Source: an uncultured Sulfolobales archaeon (GTDB lineage: Archaea; Thermoproteota; Thermoprotei_A; Sulfolobales; NBVN01). Taken from it: DNA of 51,051 nucleotides. Below, one piece after another: positions 50,760 through 51,051 of this stretch (its first letter is position 1; each line of letters starts with the position of its first letter). The DNA lies in NCBI GenBank assembly GCA_938045815.1, contig CALIBI010000010.1:1-51051 (forward strand), written 5' to 3'. The notes beneath the pieces were generated by a model. The model saw only the letters and a program-made list of their open reading frames with translations, had not been told where the DNA came from and did not search any database. Position numbers and translations under genes: made by a program.

Positions 50760-51051
50760 CCCCCATAAATGCAGGTAGTTGTAGAAACTCTGTAGGAAAA
50801 GCGAACAGCAATGAATCATATTGTTGAGAGTTAGTTCACATCCTGGCTAGAGAGTTCAAACCTACGCGGACCCCTGCGCGTGAACTACGTTCTAGCTAAC
50901 AACACGAGAGTCCACGCGAGATCTCGAACAAACAACCCAACAAGTTGACTTGTTTTCTGGTGCGGGCGGTGGTTCCTAAGTCTCGTTTACTTGCTGTTTG
51001 GGTGAAGTAAAGCTTAATAAAACCTAACACCTAATTTGTTAGGAGGTGGAG

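Overview
A core-genome stretch of a hyperthermophilic crenarchaeon. The evidence is reverse gyrase, unsplit Rpo2 with split Rpo1N/Rpo1C, a gins-mcm pair and intron-rich tRNAs; Desulfurococcales-like is an inference. It carries a 5'-truncated reverse gyrase, a porGDAB-type 2-oxoacid:ferredoxin oxidoreductase operon, GINS-MCM, OTCase, Dph6, FEN1, an Elp3 gene facing a Trm9-like methyltransferase, UppP and a HEPN-MNT pair. It also carries the rpoH-B-A1-A2-L30e-nusA-S12 / S7-EF1a-S10-tRNA-Ser cluster, LeuRS, a BMP-type nucleoside ABC transporter, Rpp21-YhbY, HtrA, archease and Nep1. Features missing from the ORF track are six tRNAs (four with introns, one of them at non-canonical position 30/31) and five good plus several weak C/D-box guide sRNAs. 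Three of the guides match conserved rRNA sites as I recall them. Also missing are a multiply frameshifted NitT/TauT ABC pseudo-operon with a palindromic operator array and a possible ASCH-domain remnant. The most notable oddities are these: rpoB has no ATG/GTG/TTG start and appears to begin at CUG, in frame with the rpoH stop; Rpo1C has a ~100-aa N-terminal extension; there is an orphan secreted Cys-rich 547-aa protein; and a catalytically degenerate nitrilase-fold gene overlaps reverse gyrase. No CRISPR array, transposase or integrase was seen. All family assignments come from motif recognition, not from database searches.
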